A DNA stretch of 64,000 nucleotides from an uncultured Armatimonadetes bacterium (GTDB lineage Bacteria; Armatimonadota; Hebobacteria; Hebobacterales; Hebobacteraceae), in assembly GCA_963716175.1 (NCBI GenBank), contig OY970296.1:3744001-3808000 (forward strand), given 5' to 3'. The notes below the pieces were generated by a model. That model ran no database searches. It saw nothing but the letters and a program-made list of their open reading frames with translations, and was not told where the DNA came from. Positions 31,573 through 41,356 of this stretch are shown here, in pieces. The translations under genes and the position numbers were made by a program. Within the stretch, counting starts at the first letter, position 1; the number at the start of each line of letters is the position of its first letter.

Positions 31573-32619
31573 CTACTCCCCTCCTTCTGGCTCGCACAGC
31601 GGCGTTCGCGCCGGCTTCTGCGCGATCACGAAGCTGAAGTCACTCTTCAACTGGCCGCTGTTCAGCACCTCCCGCTCCGCCGCGAAGAGCCGCTGCAGCC
31701 AGGCCCGGTGCTCCTCGTTCTCCGGGTCGAAGTTCTGCATGATGCCGGAAAGGAGCCAGTGCAGCAGCACGCCGCCATAGTCTATCTGCTCGCGCACCAC
31801 GAAGCGGCGCCTGAGCAGCGGCAGAATCTGATCTGAGCAGATCGCCTCTGTCGGATCCCGCGCCATCAGCTCCGCGCCGGTGGGCGGGCGGAAGTGGCGG
31901 CGGACCTCTCCCGAGCCGGTCCTCTTCAGCTCATCGGGCAGTCTGCCCAGCCACTCGTTGATCAGGTCCACCTGTCGCTCCGGCATCCGGAAGCGCACCG
32001 GGCCAACGTATTCATTCACGATGAAGATGCCGCCGCGCCGCAGCGCCCGCCGCACTTCGCGGAAGACTCGTGAGAGCCGCTGCAAGTGGTGCAGGCCCAT
32101 CCATCCCACCGCAACATCATAGGCCCCAGGCCTCAGCCGCACTCGCTCGACATCGCCAACGCGGTAGCTCAACGTGGACAGACCCGCGGCCTCGCTCTCT
32201 CTGCGGCAGACCGCGATCGCCTGCGGGGAAATGTCTATCCCCTCGCAGGCCCGGCAGATGCCCCATTTGAGCAACTGCCGCTCCACCACTCCACTGCCAC
32301 AGCAGAGGCTCAACCCCATCTCGCGGGGCTGCGGGCAGTAACGCTGCCGCACGTAGTCGTACCAGTCCTGGCCGCCGAAGTAGTGCTGGAACACGTACCC
32401 TCGCACCACCTGACCGGAGTTGAGCCACTCGGAGGGTCGGCCCGAGGCCACGGCTGCTTGCTCCGCGAACCGCGCGCCCCACAGTTCCCCCGCCTGCGTC
32501 TTCTCGCCCGGCCCCAGGGGCAGGCCAGGTCGCAGGCGCCACCAGCCAGCCCTGAGCGCCCGGTAGGCGACGGCCAGCCCGGGCACTTGCTTCAGTCGGC
32601 TGCGAAGGCCGCGCAGCAA
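31573..32619 (-). CDS. Class I SAM-dependent methyltransferase (paralog of neighbour)
   Basis: SLCCGSG, GIDIS, GLHHL, VNEYVGP. Confidence 0.85.
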   Translation of the reverse strand: MLRGLRSRLKQVPGLAVAYRALRAGWWRLRPGLPLGPGEKTQAGELWGARFAEQAAVASGRPSEWLNSGQVVRGYVFQHYFGGQDWYDYVRQRYCPQPREMGLSLCCGSGVVERQLLKWGICRACEGIDISPQAIAVCRRESEAAGLSTLSYRVGDVERVRLRPGAYDVAVGWMGLHHLQRLSRVFREVRRALRRGGIFIVNEYVGPVRFRMPERQVDLINEWLGRLPDELKRTGSGEVRRHFRPPTGAELMARDPTEAICSDQILPLLRRRFVVREQIDYGGVLLHWLLSGIMQNFDPENEEHRAWLQRLFAAEREVLNSGQLKSDFSFVIAQKPARTPLCEPEGGE

Positions 32620-32653
32620 GCTTTATCTCCCGCCCCGGTTCCGCCGCCACGGG

Positions 32654-33433
32654 CTAAAGCTCAATCTCGTCCCCATCTCTTGCCACGTGTATGCTACCCC
32701 CGAACCCGGCGGCTCTGATCCGCGCAGCAATCCCCTCTTCCACCGGCTCCAGGGTGTGGATGATGTGCGTCACCACCAGGCGAGGCAGGTTTGCGGTGGC
32801 GAGCACCTGCCCCAACTCCTCGGGCGGAAAATGCGCCATCTCTACCACCGCTAGCTCGCAGCCATCGGCCGCGGCCGCTTCCTCTGCACTCGCCAGATCA
32901 CCGGAGAAGAAGAGGCGCCTGCCGTCAATGGTGATGAGATAGGAGTAAGCGCGCGCTGGCTCGATCCCGGTCGCTCTCGCCTGCTCCAGATGCCCGTCCA
33001 CGTGCCCGTTGACCATCGCCTCCGCCACCACTCCCTCGGCGTCGTACACTTTCCCGCTCTTCAAGGGCCGCAGTTCGAGATCGAAGCCCAGCAGCTCCGG
33101 CAGCAGGTACATCAGGTTGAACAGCTCGCGCACCGGCCCGACCGCCTCTGCCGGCAGACACACCACCAGCGGCCGGGTGCGATGATTGAGCTGGACCCAC
33201 TGAATGAGCATGGGCAGCCCGGCGATGTGATCGGCATGAGTGTGAGTGATGAAGACCGCCCGCAGCGTGTCCGGGGAGAGGCCTCGCCGCGCCAGGTGGG
33301 CCGAGATCGGCTCCCCGCTGTCTACCAGGTACAGCTCCGGGCCGCGCCAGATGCCGACGGCGGTGTTGAGCCGTTTCTCCGTCGCGAACCCCGCGGACGA
33401 ACCGAAGATGGTGAGGTGAATCGGTTCAGGCAT
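32654..33433 (-). CDS. MBL-fold metallohydrolase (RNase Z-like)
   Basis: GSSAG, VDSGE, THTHADHIAG, SGD. Confidence 0.8.
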   Translation of the reverse strand: MPEPIHLTIFGSSAGFATEKRLNTAVGIWRGPELYLVDSGEPISAHLARRGLSPDTLRAVFITHTHADHIAGLPMLIQWVQLNHRTRPLVVCLPAEAVGPVRELFNLMYLLPELLGFDLELRPLKSGKVYDAEGVVAEAMVNGHVDGHLEQARATGIEPARAYSYLITIDGRRLFFSGDLASAEEAAAADGCELAVVEMAHFPPEELGQVLATANLPRLVVTHIIHTLEPVEEGIAARIRAAGFGGSIHVARDGDEIEL

Positions 33434-33453
33434 TGCTCCTCCTGGCAATCTCA

Positions 33454-33504
33454 GTAGGGCAGGTCCGCGACCTGCCCCGGCGGGCATGGGAATGCCCGCC
33501 CTAC
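33454..33504. repeat. Inverted REP doublet (REPIN-like) GTAG...CTAC
   Basis: GTAGGGCAGGTCCGCGACCTGCCC followed by GGCGGGCATGGGAATGCCCGCCCTAC. Confidence 0.8.
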
Positions 33505-33517
33505 ACCACCGGCCCGG

Positions 33518-33582
33518 TCATCGCGACATACTCGTGGATCGGCAGGGAGGTGAAGTGACCTCCGCCCCGCCGGCTGGACAGG
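33518..33582 (-). repeat. 65-bp direct copy of carB 3' end (33644-33708)
   Basis: 5 mismatches by hand alignment. Confidence 0.9.
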
Positions 33583-33585
33583 TTC

Positions 33586-33642
33586 GTAAGGCAGGAGCGT
33601 GTCTCCTGCCCAATCGGCATGCAGGCTGGGAGCCTGCGCTAC
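33586..33642. repeat. Second inverted REP doublet
   Basis: GTAAGGCAGGAGCGTGTCTCCTGCCC ... GCAGGCTGGGAGCCTGCGCTAC. Confidence 0.7.
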
Positions 33643-36600
33643 TTCATCGCCACGTACTCGTGGATCGGCAGGGAGGTGAAATCACCTCCGCCCCTCCGGC
33701 TGGACAGGGCGAACAGCAGCGCCCGCGCCGTATCCAGCGAGGTCAGGCAAGGGATGGCGTGCTCGACCGAGGCGCGGCGGATGCGCGCTCCCTCTCGCTC
33801 CGGATTGCGGTCCGGCGAGAGCGTGTTGAGCACCAGGTGGATCTCGCCCGACCGCACCAAGTCGGTGATGTTGGGCGTGCCCTCGTGAATCTTCTTCACC
33901 GGTGTGCTGTCCACCCCGATCTTCTTCAGGTAGGCCTGCGTTCCCGCGGTGGCGTAGATGCGGAAGCCCAGCGTCGGCGAACTCCCGGATCAGCTCCCCC
34001 GCCTCCTCTTTGTCGCGGTCGGCAATGGTGGCGATCAGCGACCCCTTGCTCGGCACCTCCACCCCGGCGGCCACCATCGCCTTGAAAAGCGCGGTGGGAT
34101 AGTCGAGGTCAATGCCCATGATCTCGCCGGTGGACTTCATCTCCGGGCCCAGGTTGATGTCCACCTCGGTGAGCTTGGCGAAGGAGAACACCGGCGCCTT
34201 CACCGCGTAGTAGGGCCGCGGCGGGTAGAGGCCTGGCTGGTAGCCCAGCTCGCGCGAGCTTGCGCCCCAGCATGCACTTGGTCGCCACATTCACCATCGG
34301 GATGCCGGTGATCTTAGACAGATAGGGCACGGTGCGGCTCGCCCGCGGGTTCACCTCCAGCACGAACAACCTGCCTTCGCCGTCCAGCACGAACTGGATG
34401 TTCATCAGCCCCTTGATCTGGAGCGCCCGCGCCAGCCGGCAGGCGTAGTCCACCACGCTGCTCCTGCACCTCCTGGCTCAGGGTCACCGGAGGGCAGACC
34501 GCCATCGAGTCGCCCGAGTGCACGCCGGCGCGCTCGATGTGCTCCATGATGCCGGGGATGAGGCAGTCCTCGCCATCGCAGATCAGGTCCACCTCCAGCT
34601 CTTTGCCCACCACGTACTTGTCCACCAGGATGGGGTGCCGCGGCGAGACATCGGTGGCCAGGTGCATGTAAGACAGCAGCTCTTCCTCCGAGTAGACGAT
34701 CTCCATCGCCCGCCCGCCCAGCACGTAGGAGGGGCGCACCAGCACGGGATAGCCGATCTCGCCCGCCACCTGCGCGGCCTCCGCCACCGAGGTGACACCG
34801 CGGCCCGGCCGGCTTGGGGATATCCAGCTCCCGCAGCAGGCGCTCGAAGCGATCGCGGTCCTCGGCGAGGTCAATGCCCTCGAAATCCGTACCCAGCAGA
34901 GGCACCTCGTTGGCGTGGAACACGCCGGCCAGGTTGATCGCGGTCTGCCCGCCGAACTGCACCACCACCCCGACAGGCTGCTCCCGGGCGATGATGTGGA
35001 GCACGTCCTCCTCCGTGAGCGGCTCGAAGTAGAGCTTGTCCGAGGTGTCGAAGTCGGTGGACACCGTCTCCGGGTTGTTGTTGATGATGATGGACTGGTA
35101 GCCCTCTTCCCGCAGCGCCCACACCGCGTGCACGGTGCAGTAATCGAACTCGATCCCCTGCCCGATGCGGATGGGCCCGGCGCCGATCACGATCACTCGC
35201 GGCTGCTCCGCCCGCTGCACCTCGTCCTCGCTCTCGTAGGTGGAGTAGTAGTAGGGCGTCATCGCCTCGAACTCGGCCGCGCAGGTGTCAACCATCTTGT
35301 AGGGAGGCACCAGGCGCAGGGCGTGACGGCGCTGCCGCAGCTCCGCCTCCGGCACTCCCACCAGGGCCGCCACCTCGTGGTCGGAGAAGCCGGAGCGCTT
35401 GGCCCGCGTCAGCAACTCGTCGCTCAACCCCTGCTCCGCCCGCCTCCCTGATCTCGGTCTCCAGCTCGACCAGGTTCCTGATCTTGTGCAGGAACCAGGG
35501 GTCAATGCGCGAGAGCTCCGCCACCTCCTCTACCATCATGCCGCGGCGGAAGGCCTCGGCCACCGCGAACAGCCGCTCGTCGGTGGCATGGCGGAGGCAC
35601 TCCTCGATCTCCATCCCGCCCCACTGCGCCACGTTCTTCCAGCGCAGCCCGTAGGCGTCGATCTCCAGGGATCGAATCCCCTTCATGAGCGCCGCCTCGA
35701 AGGTGCGATCAATCGCCATGACCTCGCCGGTGGCCTTCATCTGCGTGCCCACGGTGCGGTCGGCCAGCGCGAACTTGTCGAAGGGCCAGCGCGGGATCTT
35801 CACCACGATGTAGTCAATGGTGGGCTCGAAGCAGGCCAGCGTCTTCTGCGTCACCGCGTTCGGAATCTCGTCCAGCCGCAGCCCCACCGCGATCTTCGCC
35901 GCCACCCGCGCGATGGGATAGCCGGTGGCCTTGGAGGCCAGCGCGCTCGACCGGCTCACCCGGGGGTTGACCTCGATCACGTAATACTCGTAGCTCTTCG
36001 GGTTCAGCGCGAACTGGATATTGCAGCCTCCCTCGATCCCCAGCGCCCGGATGATCTTGAGGGAGGCGGTGCGCAGCATCTGGTACTCCTGATCCCCGAG
36101 CGTCTGCGCCGGCGCCACCACGATCGAATCCCCGGTGTGCACCCCCATCGGGTCCAGGTTCTCCATGCTGCACACGGTGATGCAGGTGTCGGCCGCGTCC
36201 CGCATCACCTCGTACTCGATCTCCTTCCAGCCGATCACGCAGCGCTCCAGCAGCACCTGGTGGATCATGCTCATGCGCAGGCCGCGGGAGCAGATATCGC
36301 GCAGCTCCTCGTCGCTCCAGGCGATGCCGCCGCCGGTGCCACCCAGCGTGTAGGCGGGCCGGATGATGACGGGGAACCCGATGGTGCGAGTGAAGACTAC
36401 CGCCTCCTCGATCGTGTTCACGATCGCGCTGTCCGGCACCGGCTCCCCGATCTCCCGCATCGTCTCCCGGAAGCGCTCCCGGTCCTCGGCGCGCTCGATC
36501 GCTTCCAGCGATGTCCCTAGCAGATCCACCCCGAAGCGGTCCAGCACCCCGGCCTGCGCGAGCTGAGTAGCGAGGTTGAGGCCGGTCTGCCCGCCCAGGG

Positions 36601-36865
36601 TGCCGATCAGGCCCTGCGGCCTTTCCTGCTCGATGATGCGGGCCGCGAACTCCAAGGTCAGCGGCTCCACGTAGATGCGGTCCGCCATATTGGTATCGGT
36701 CATGATGGTGGCGGGGTTGGAGTTGATCAGCACGATCTCGATCTTCTCCTCCCGCAGCGCCTTGCAGGCCTGCGTGCCGGCGTAATCGAACTCCGCCGCC
36801 TGACCGATCACAATCGGCCCGGAGCCGATCACCATCACCTTCTTCAGATCAGTGCGTCTCGGCAT
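33639..36865 (-). CDS. carB: Carbamoyl-phosphate synthase large subunit (split over several frames by probable sequencing indels)
   Basis: [51 protein letters not shown] domain. Confidence 0.95.
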
Positions 36866-36884
36866 CTGGGTAGTGTCTTTCAAC

Positions 36885-36910
36885 CTGCGCGAATCTGCGT
36901 AATCTGCGGA
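36885..36910 (-). repeat. Short tandem CGCAGATT repeat between carA and carB
   Basis: Minus strand TCCGCAGATTACGCAGATTCGCGCAG. Confidence 0.65.
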
Positions 36911-36914
36911 TGAA

Positions 36915-38060
36915 TCACCACACCTCCGGCCTTATCTCCTCCCACCGCTCCGGCTCCCTGATCCGCCGCACGAACTGCTTGAACATCCCCTTGCTGTCCA
37001 GGGGCCCAGGGCTGGCCTCGCAGTGATACTGGATGGAGAAGGCGCGGAGGTCGGGACATTCCAGCCCCTCGACGGTGCCGTCGTTGAGGTTGATCTGGGA
37101 GACGGTGGCCGGCGATCCGGTCAGGCTCTCCGGGTCCACCGCATACCCATGATTCTGGGAGGTAATCCGCACCCGGCCCACGGTCAGGTCGCGCACCGGG
37201 TGGTTGCCCCCGCGGTGGCCGAACTTCAGTTTGAAGGTCTTACCACCGAGGGCATAGCCGAGCATCTGGTTGCCCAGGCAGATGCCGAAGACGGGCACCT
37301 TGCCGAGCAGATTCCGCACGGTCTCCACCGCATAGCCCAGCCGCGCCGGGTCGCCCGGCCCCGGCGACAGCAGCACGCCATCGGGCCGGCGGGCCAGCAC
37401 CTCCCTGGCGGTGGCCGTGCACGGCATGACGATGGGTCGGCACCCCAGCTCGTAGAGATTGCGCAGGATGCTGGCCCGGATGCCGTAGTCCATCACCGCG
37501 ATCCGCAGTCGCTCCTCGAAGTCAATGCAGACCTGCTCCCGGCCTTTTCTCAGGCCCGGCTGCCACTCATAGGGGGCCGCGGTGCTCACCTGCTGCACCA
37601 GGTCCATGTCGCCATAGCCGGGGTTGGCCCTGATCCGCTGCTGCGCCTCTTCGGGAGTCTCGTCCGTGGAGATCGCCCCCATCATCACCCCCGCGTTTCG
37701 GAGCCGCCGCGTCAGCGCCCGCGTGTCCACCCCTTTGATGCCGACTACCCCATGGCGCTTGAGGAACGGCCCGAGGGACTCCGATGATCGGAAGTTGCTC
37801 GGCACCTGGCACAGCTCTTTCACCACCAGCCCGGCGATCTGGCAGCGCGGCGACTCGTAGTCCTCATCATTGGTGCCGTAGTTTCCGATCAGCGGGTAGG
37901 TGAGGGTGAGGATCTGCCCCCGGAACGAAGGATCGGTGAAGGCCTGCTGATACCCCACCATGGCGGTGTCGAACACCACCTCGCCCAGCGCCCGGCCGGG
38001 CTGGCCGATGCTCTCGCCCTCGAAGACCGCGCCGTCTTCCAGCACCAGGACTGCCCTCAA
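36915..38060 (-). CDS. carA: Carbamoyl-phosphate synthase small subunit
   Basis: [36 protein letters not shown]. Confidence 0.95.
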   Translation of the reverse strand: MRAVLVLEDGAVFEGESIGQPGRALGEVVFDTAMVGYQQAFTDPSFRGQILTLTYPLIGNYGTNDEDYESPRCQIAGLVVKELCQVPSNFRSSESLGPFLKRHGVVGIKGVDTRALTRRLRNAGVMMGAISTDETPEEAQQRIRANPGYGDMDLVQQVSTAAPYEWQPGLRKGREQVCIDFEERLRIAVMDYGIRASILRNLYELGCRPIVMPCTATAREVLARRPDGVLLSPGPGDPARLGYAVETVRNLLGKVPVFGICLGNQMLGYALGGKTFKLKFGHRGGNHPVRDLTVGRVRITSQNHGYAVDPESLTGSPATVSQINLNDGTVEGLECPDLRAFSIQYHCEASPGPLDSKGMFKQFVRRIREPERWEEIRPEVW

Positions 38061-39295
38061 CGCGCTTCTCCTCCGCCCGCGGCGGGCATAGGCATGCCCG
38101 CCCTACAGCACATCACGACCTTGCCCGCCACAATCGTCGCCGCTGCCCTCCCCCGCAGCCGCCTGCCGGCGAACGGGCAGTTTCTCGCCAGGGACTGGAA
38201 TCGCTCCGGCTCCACCACCCACTCCGCCTGGGGATCGAGCAAGGTCACATCGGCGCGCGCGCCCACTCGAAGCGAAGGTGCCTCCAGGTTCAGCACTGCC
38301 GCCGGCCCCACCGTCATCGCCCGCACCGCGGTTGCCACCTCGAGCAGGTTGCCGTGAATCAGGTCCGTCCAGATCACGCCGATGGTGGTCTCCAGCCCGA
38401 TCACCCCGGCCGGCGTCTGCTCGTGTGCCACCTGCCTCTCGGCCGGAGTGTGAGGCGCATGATCAGACGCGATCACGGAGATCACGCCCTGGCGCAGTCC
38501 CGCGCGCAGGGCCGCGCGGTCTCGCGCCGAGCGCAGCGGCGGATTCATCTTGAAGGTCGGATCGTCCGTCGGCGCCTCCTCAGCGCACAGTGACAGATGA
38601 TGAGGGGTGGCCTCGCCGCTCACCCGCAGCCCCCGCGCCTGCGCCCGCGCGATCAGCTCCACCTCTTCGCATAGGCTGACGTGCGAGAAGTGCACCGGAT
38701 AGCCCATCTCCGCTGCCAGCGCGATGTCCCGCGCCATCATCTCCGGCCCGTCAACATGGAGCGTCAGGGGAATCGCCGCCGCCTTTGCCGCCGCCATCGC
38801 GCGGCGCATCACGGCACCGTCCGCCACCGCAAGGCCATCATCGCTCGCCGCTGCCGCGCCTGCCATGTGCAGGGCCGCCAGGTCCGTTACCTCCCGCCCC
38901 TGCTGTCCCATGGTGATGGCGCACTTGGGCAGCACGCGCACCGCTGCCCGGCGCCCTGCGATCTCCACCACCTCGGCGATCCGCTCGGCGGTGTCGCGGG
39001 GCGGCGAGGTATTCGGCTCGCAGACCACGGCGGTGAACCCTCCCGCCGCGGCGGCACGGGTTCCGCTGGCGATGGTCTCCTTCTGCTCCTGGCCCGGCTC
39101 CCGCAGATGCACGTGCATGTCCATCAGCCCGGGAAGCACCAGCAGCCCGCCGGCCTCGATGGCCTCCACCTCCCCACCGGCATCCACGTTGCCGACCGCG
39201 ACGATGTGCCCGCCCGCGATCAGCACATCGCCCACCCCATCCAGGCCCGAGCCGGGATCGAAGAGCTTCCCGCCCCTGATCAGCAGGCCGCTCAT
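38057..39295 (-). CDS. pyrC: Dihydroorotase (type I), internal loop shortened
   Basis: DMHVHLREPG, PNT.P, KMNPPLR, SDHAPH. Confidence 0.92.
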   Translation of the reverse strand: MSGLLIRGGKLFDPGSGLDGVGDVLIAGGHIVAVGNVDAGGEVEAIEAGGLLVLPGLMDMHVHLREPGQEQKETIASGTRAAAAGGFTAVVCEPNTSPPRDTAERIAEVVEIAGRRAAVRVLPKCAITMGQQGREVTDLAALHMAGAAAASDDGLAVADGAVMRRAMAAAKAAAIPLTLHVDGPEMMARDIALAAEMGYPVHFSHVSLCEEVELIARAQARGLRVSGEATPHHLSLCAEEAPTDDPTFKMNPPLRSARDRAALRAGLRQGVISVIASDHAPHTPAERQVAHEQTPAGVIGLETTIGVIWTDLIHGNLLEVATAVRAMTVGPAAVLNLEAPSLRVGARADVTLLDPQAEWVVEPERFQSLARNCPFAGRRLRGRAAATIVAGKVVMCCRAGMPMPAAGGGEAR

Positions 39296-40500
39296 CTCGC
39301 GCCCTCCGATGGCGCGCCCATTTCGTGCTCGCAATAGGCGCACGCCACCAGGTTCGGCGCATACTCCACCAGGTTGAACTGCGGCGCGAGGTAGCTCTCG
39401 TGGTTGGTGACGCAGTCCGGGTTCGCGCAGCGAAGGTCGGCGAACTTGCGGAAATCCACCTCCCGGCGCGGCTCGGGCCGGTACTCCCCCTTGTGCGCCC
39501 GTCCCACCTTCGCCGGACGGCGGCCCAGCAGCGCCGCCACCAGCGCCATCCTCACCGGCACCCCGTAGGCGGCCTGCCGGAAGTAGACCGCTCGCGGGTC
39601 CCGGTCCACAGCGTAGGCCAGCTCATCCACCCGCGGCAGAGGATGCATCACCAGCGCGTCCGGCCGCGCCCGCGCGATCATCTCCTCGGTGATGGCATAT
39701 GAGCTCTTGGCCGCCTGGTAGGCCTGGTCCGACGCGAACCGCTCCTTCTGCACCCGGGTAACATAGACCGCGTCGAACAGCGACAGCACCTCGGAAGCGA
39801 GCACCCGCTGCCGGCCGGGCCGACGCTTCACCAGCTCGGCATTGGTCACGATCTCGGCCAGGCTGTGGTGCTGGTTCGGCCGGCAGTTGAACTCCTTATC
39901 GAGCCGCGCCAGCAGGTGGGCCGGCATCTCCAGACCCGAAGGCGAGACGCAGGTCACCTTGGCCCCGAAGCGCGCCAGCCCGAAGGCCAGCGAATGCACG
40001 GTTCGGCCATGCCGCAGGTCGCCCACCAGGGCCACGCTCACATCGCGCAGCTTGCCCTTCTCCCGCCGGATGGTATAGAGGTCCAGCAAGGTCTGGGTAG
40101 GATGCTCGTGCGGCCCGTCGCCGGCATTGACCACCGGGACCGAGGCATAGTCGGCCGCCACCCGAGCGCTTCCTTCCCAGGGGTTGCGGATCACGATCAG
40201 GTCGGCATAGGATTCGATGATGCGCACGGTGTCAGCGATGGTCTCGCCCTTGGCCACGGAGGTGGCGCTGGCATCCGCCACACTGATCACATCTCCCCCC
40301 AGCCGCAGCATGGCGGCCTCGAAGGAAAGCCGCGTCCGCGTGCTCGGCTCGTAGAAGAGCGTGGACATGACCAGCCCGTCGGCCAGATGCAGCCGGGTCC
40401 GGGTGTGCTGCGACATCTCGTCCGCGAGATCGAAGAGGGCCTCGATCTCGCGGTCGCTGAGGTCGAAGATGGAGATGAGGTCGCGTCCTTCCAGGGCCAC
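39292..40500 (-). CDS. pyrB: Aspartate carbamoyltransferase with C-terminal PyrI-type zinc domain
   Basis: FYEPSTRTR, HPTQ, TRVQKERF, HPLP; tail CANPDCVTN...CAYCEH. Confidence 0.92.
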   Translation of the reverse strand: MALEGRDLISIFDLSDREIEALFDLADEMSQHTRTRLHLADGLVMSTLFYEPSTRTRLSFEAAMLRLGGDVISVADASATSVAKGETIADTVRIIESYADLIVIRNPWEGSARVAADYASVPVVNAGDGPHEHPTQTLLDLYTIRREKGKLRDVSVALVGDLRHGRTVHSLAFGLARFGAKVTCVSPSGLEMPAHLLARLDKEFNCRPNQHHSLAEIVTNAELVKRRPGRQRVLASEVLSLFDAVYVTRVQKERFASDQAYQAAKSSYAITEEMIARARPDALVMHPLPRVDELAYAVDRDPRAVYFRQAAYGVPVRMALVAALLGRRPAKVGRAHKGEYRPEPRREVDFRKFADLRCANPDCVTNHESYLAPQFNLVEYAPNLVACAYCEHEMGAPSEGAR

Positions 40501-40501
40501 G

Positions 40502-41104
40502 TCAGCTCTCCTCCGGCAGGCGTTCGATCACCACTGCCTCCTCGCCATCGGTGTCACAGAGAAGGACTCTCACCCGTTCCCGGCGGGAGGTGGGGACGTT
40601 CTTGCCCACGTAATCGGCCCGGATCGGCAGCTCGCGGTGGCCCCGGTCCACCAGCACCGCCAACTGCACCTGGGCCGGCCGGCCATGCTCGATCAGCGCA
40701 TCCAGCGCGGCCCGGACGGTGCGGCCGGTGTACAGCACTTCGTCCACCAGCACCACCTTCCGGTCGGCCACCGGGAAGTCAATGCGAGTGCGAGCCGCAG
40801 GGCGGGCAGGTCTGTGCAGGCCCGCCTCGGCCTGTCGCGGGCGATCGTCCCTGTGATCGGCAATGTCAACCTCGCCCACCGGCACCGGGTGGCCCTCGAT
40901 CTCCTGGATCAGGCGGGCGAGCCGATAGGCGAGAGGCACGCCCCGAGTGTGCACCCCGATCAGCGCCAGGTCGGCCGCTCCCCGGTTGCGCTCGATGATC
41001 TCGTGGGCGATGCGGGTGAGGGCGCGGCGGATGTCGGCCTGGTCCATGATCCGGGCCGGGTGCAGTCTGCCGCATGCAGCTTCAGCGGAGGCGGGGTTCT
41101 CCAC
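40502..41104 (-). CDS. pyrR: Pyrimidine operon attenuation protein / UPRTase (start may be 41047)
   Basis: [33 protein letters not shown]. Confidence 0.93.
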   Translation of the reverse strand: MENPASAEAACGRLHPARIMDQADIRRALTRIAHEIIERNRGAADLALIGVHTRGVPLAYRLARLIQEIEGHPVPVGEVDIADHRDDRPRQAEAGLHRPARPAARTRIDFPVADRKVVLVDEVLYTGRTVRAALDALIEHGRPAQVQLAVLVDRGHRELPIRADYVGKNVPTSRRERVRVLLCDTDGEEAVVIERLPEES

Positions 41105-41140
41105 GCGGGCCTGCCCCCCGGCCGTGTGGTGCGCCCGGCC

Positions 41141-41240
41141 AGAAGAATCGCCTCCCCCCGGTTTGGGGGCAGGCGACGGCCGCCGATTCTCGTTGCTTGG
41201 GCTCACCTTTCTCAGCCTCACTGGACTGCACTTAAAAGGT
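41141..41240 (-). promoter_or_regulatory. PyrR-binding attenuator RNA plus terminator
   Basis: CCTTTTAAG..AGTCCAGTGAGGCTGAGAAAGG (41239-41206) matches the PyrR binding loop; downstream TCGCCTGCCCCC-AAA-CCGGGGGGAGGCGA-TTCTTCT hairpin. Confidence 0.85.
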
Positions 41241-41271
41241 CCCGCTACTGCTCAGCCGGATTGTCGGAAAG

Positions 41272-41300
41272 AGGATACCAGAACGCGACCGACGCGTCAA
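41272..41300 (-). promoter_or_regulatory. pyr operon promoter
   Basis: TTGACG-N17-TATCCT just upstream of the attenuator. Confidence 0.6.
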
Positions 41301-41356
41301 GCGGAATCACGAAGGATTGCACTTCGTGGGGCAAACCGCGGACCTGTCGCAGTTGC

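Noticed and set aside
30576-31738. Repeat pair as diversity-generating retroelement TR/VR
   Set aside because: Differences are not adenine-specific, both copies are coding, no reverse transcriptase in window
33518-33708. carB tail duplication as attL/attR of a prophage or island
   Set aside because: Only 61 bp lie between the copies and no integrase is present; reported instead as a REP-linked duplication
33639-36865. Multiple frameshifts in carB, and single ones in phoH, panC, comEC, pyrK, DUF2207, CNNM and radical SAM genes, as pseudogenes or programmed frameshifting
   Set aside because: Single-base indels scattered over unrelated conserved genes with otherwise intact motifs and no shared slippery site; most likely long-read consensus errors
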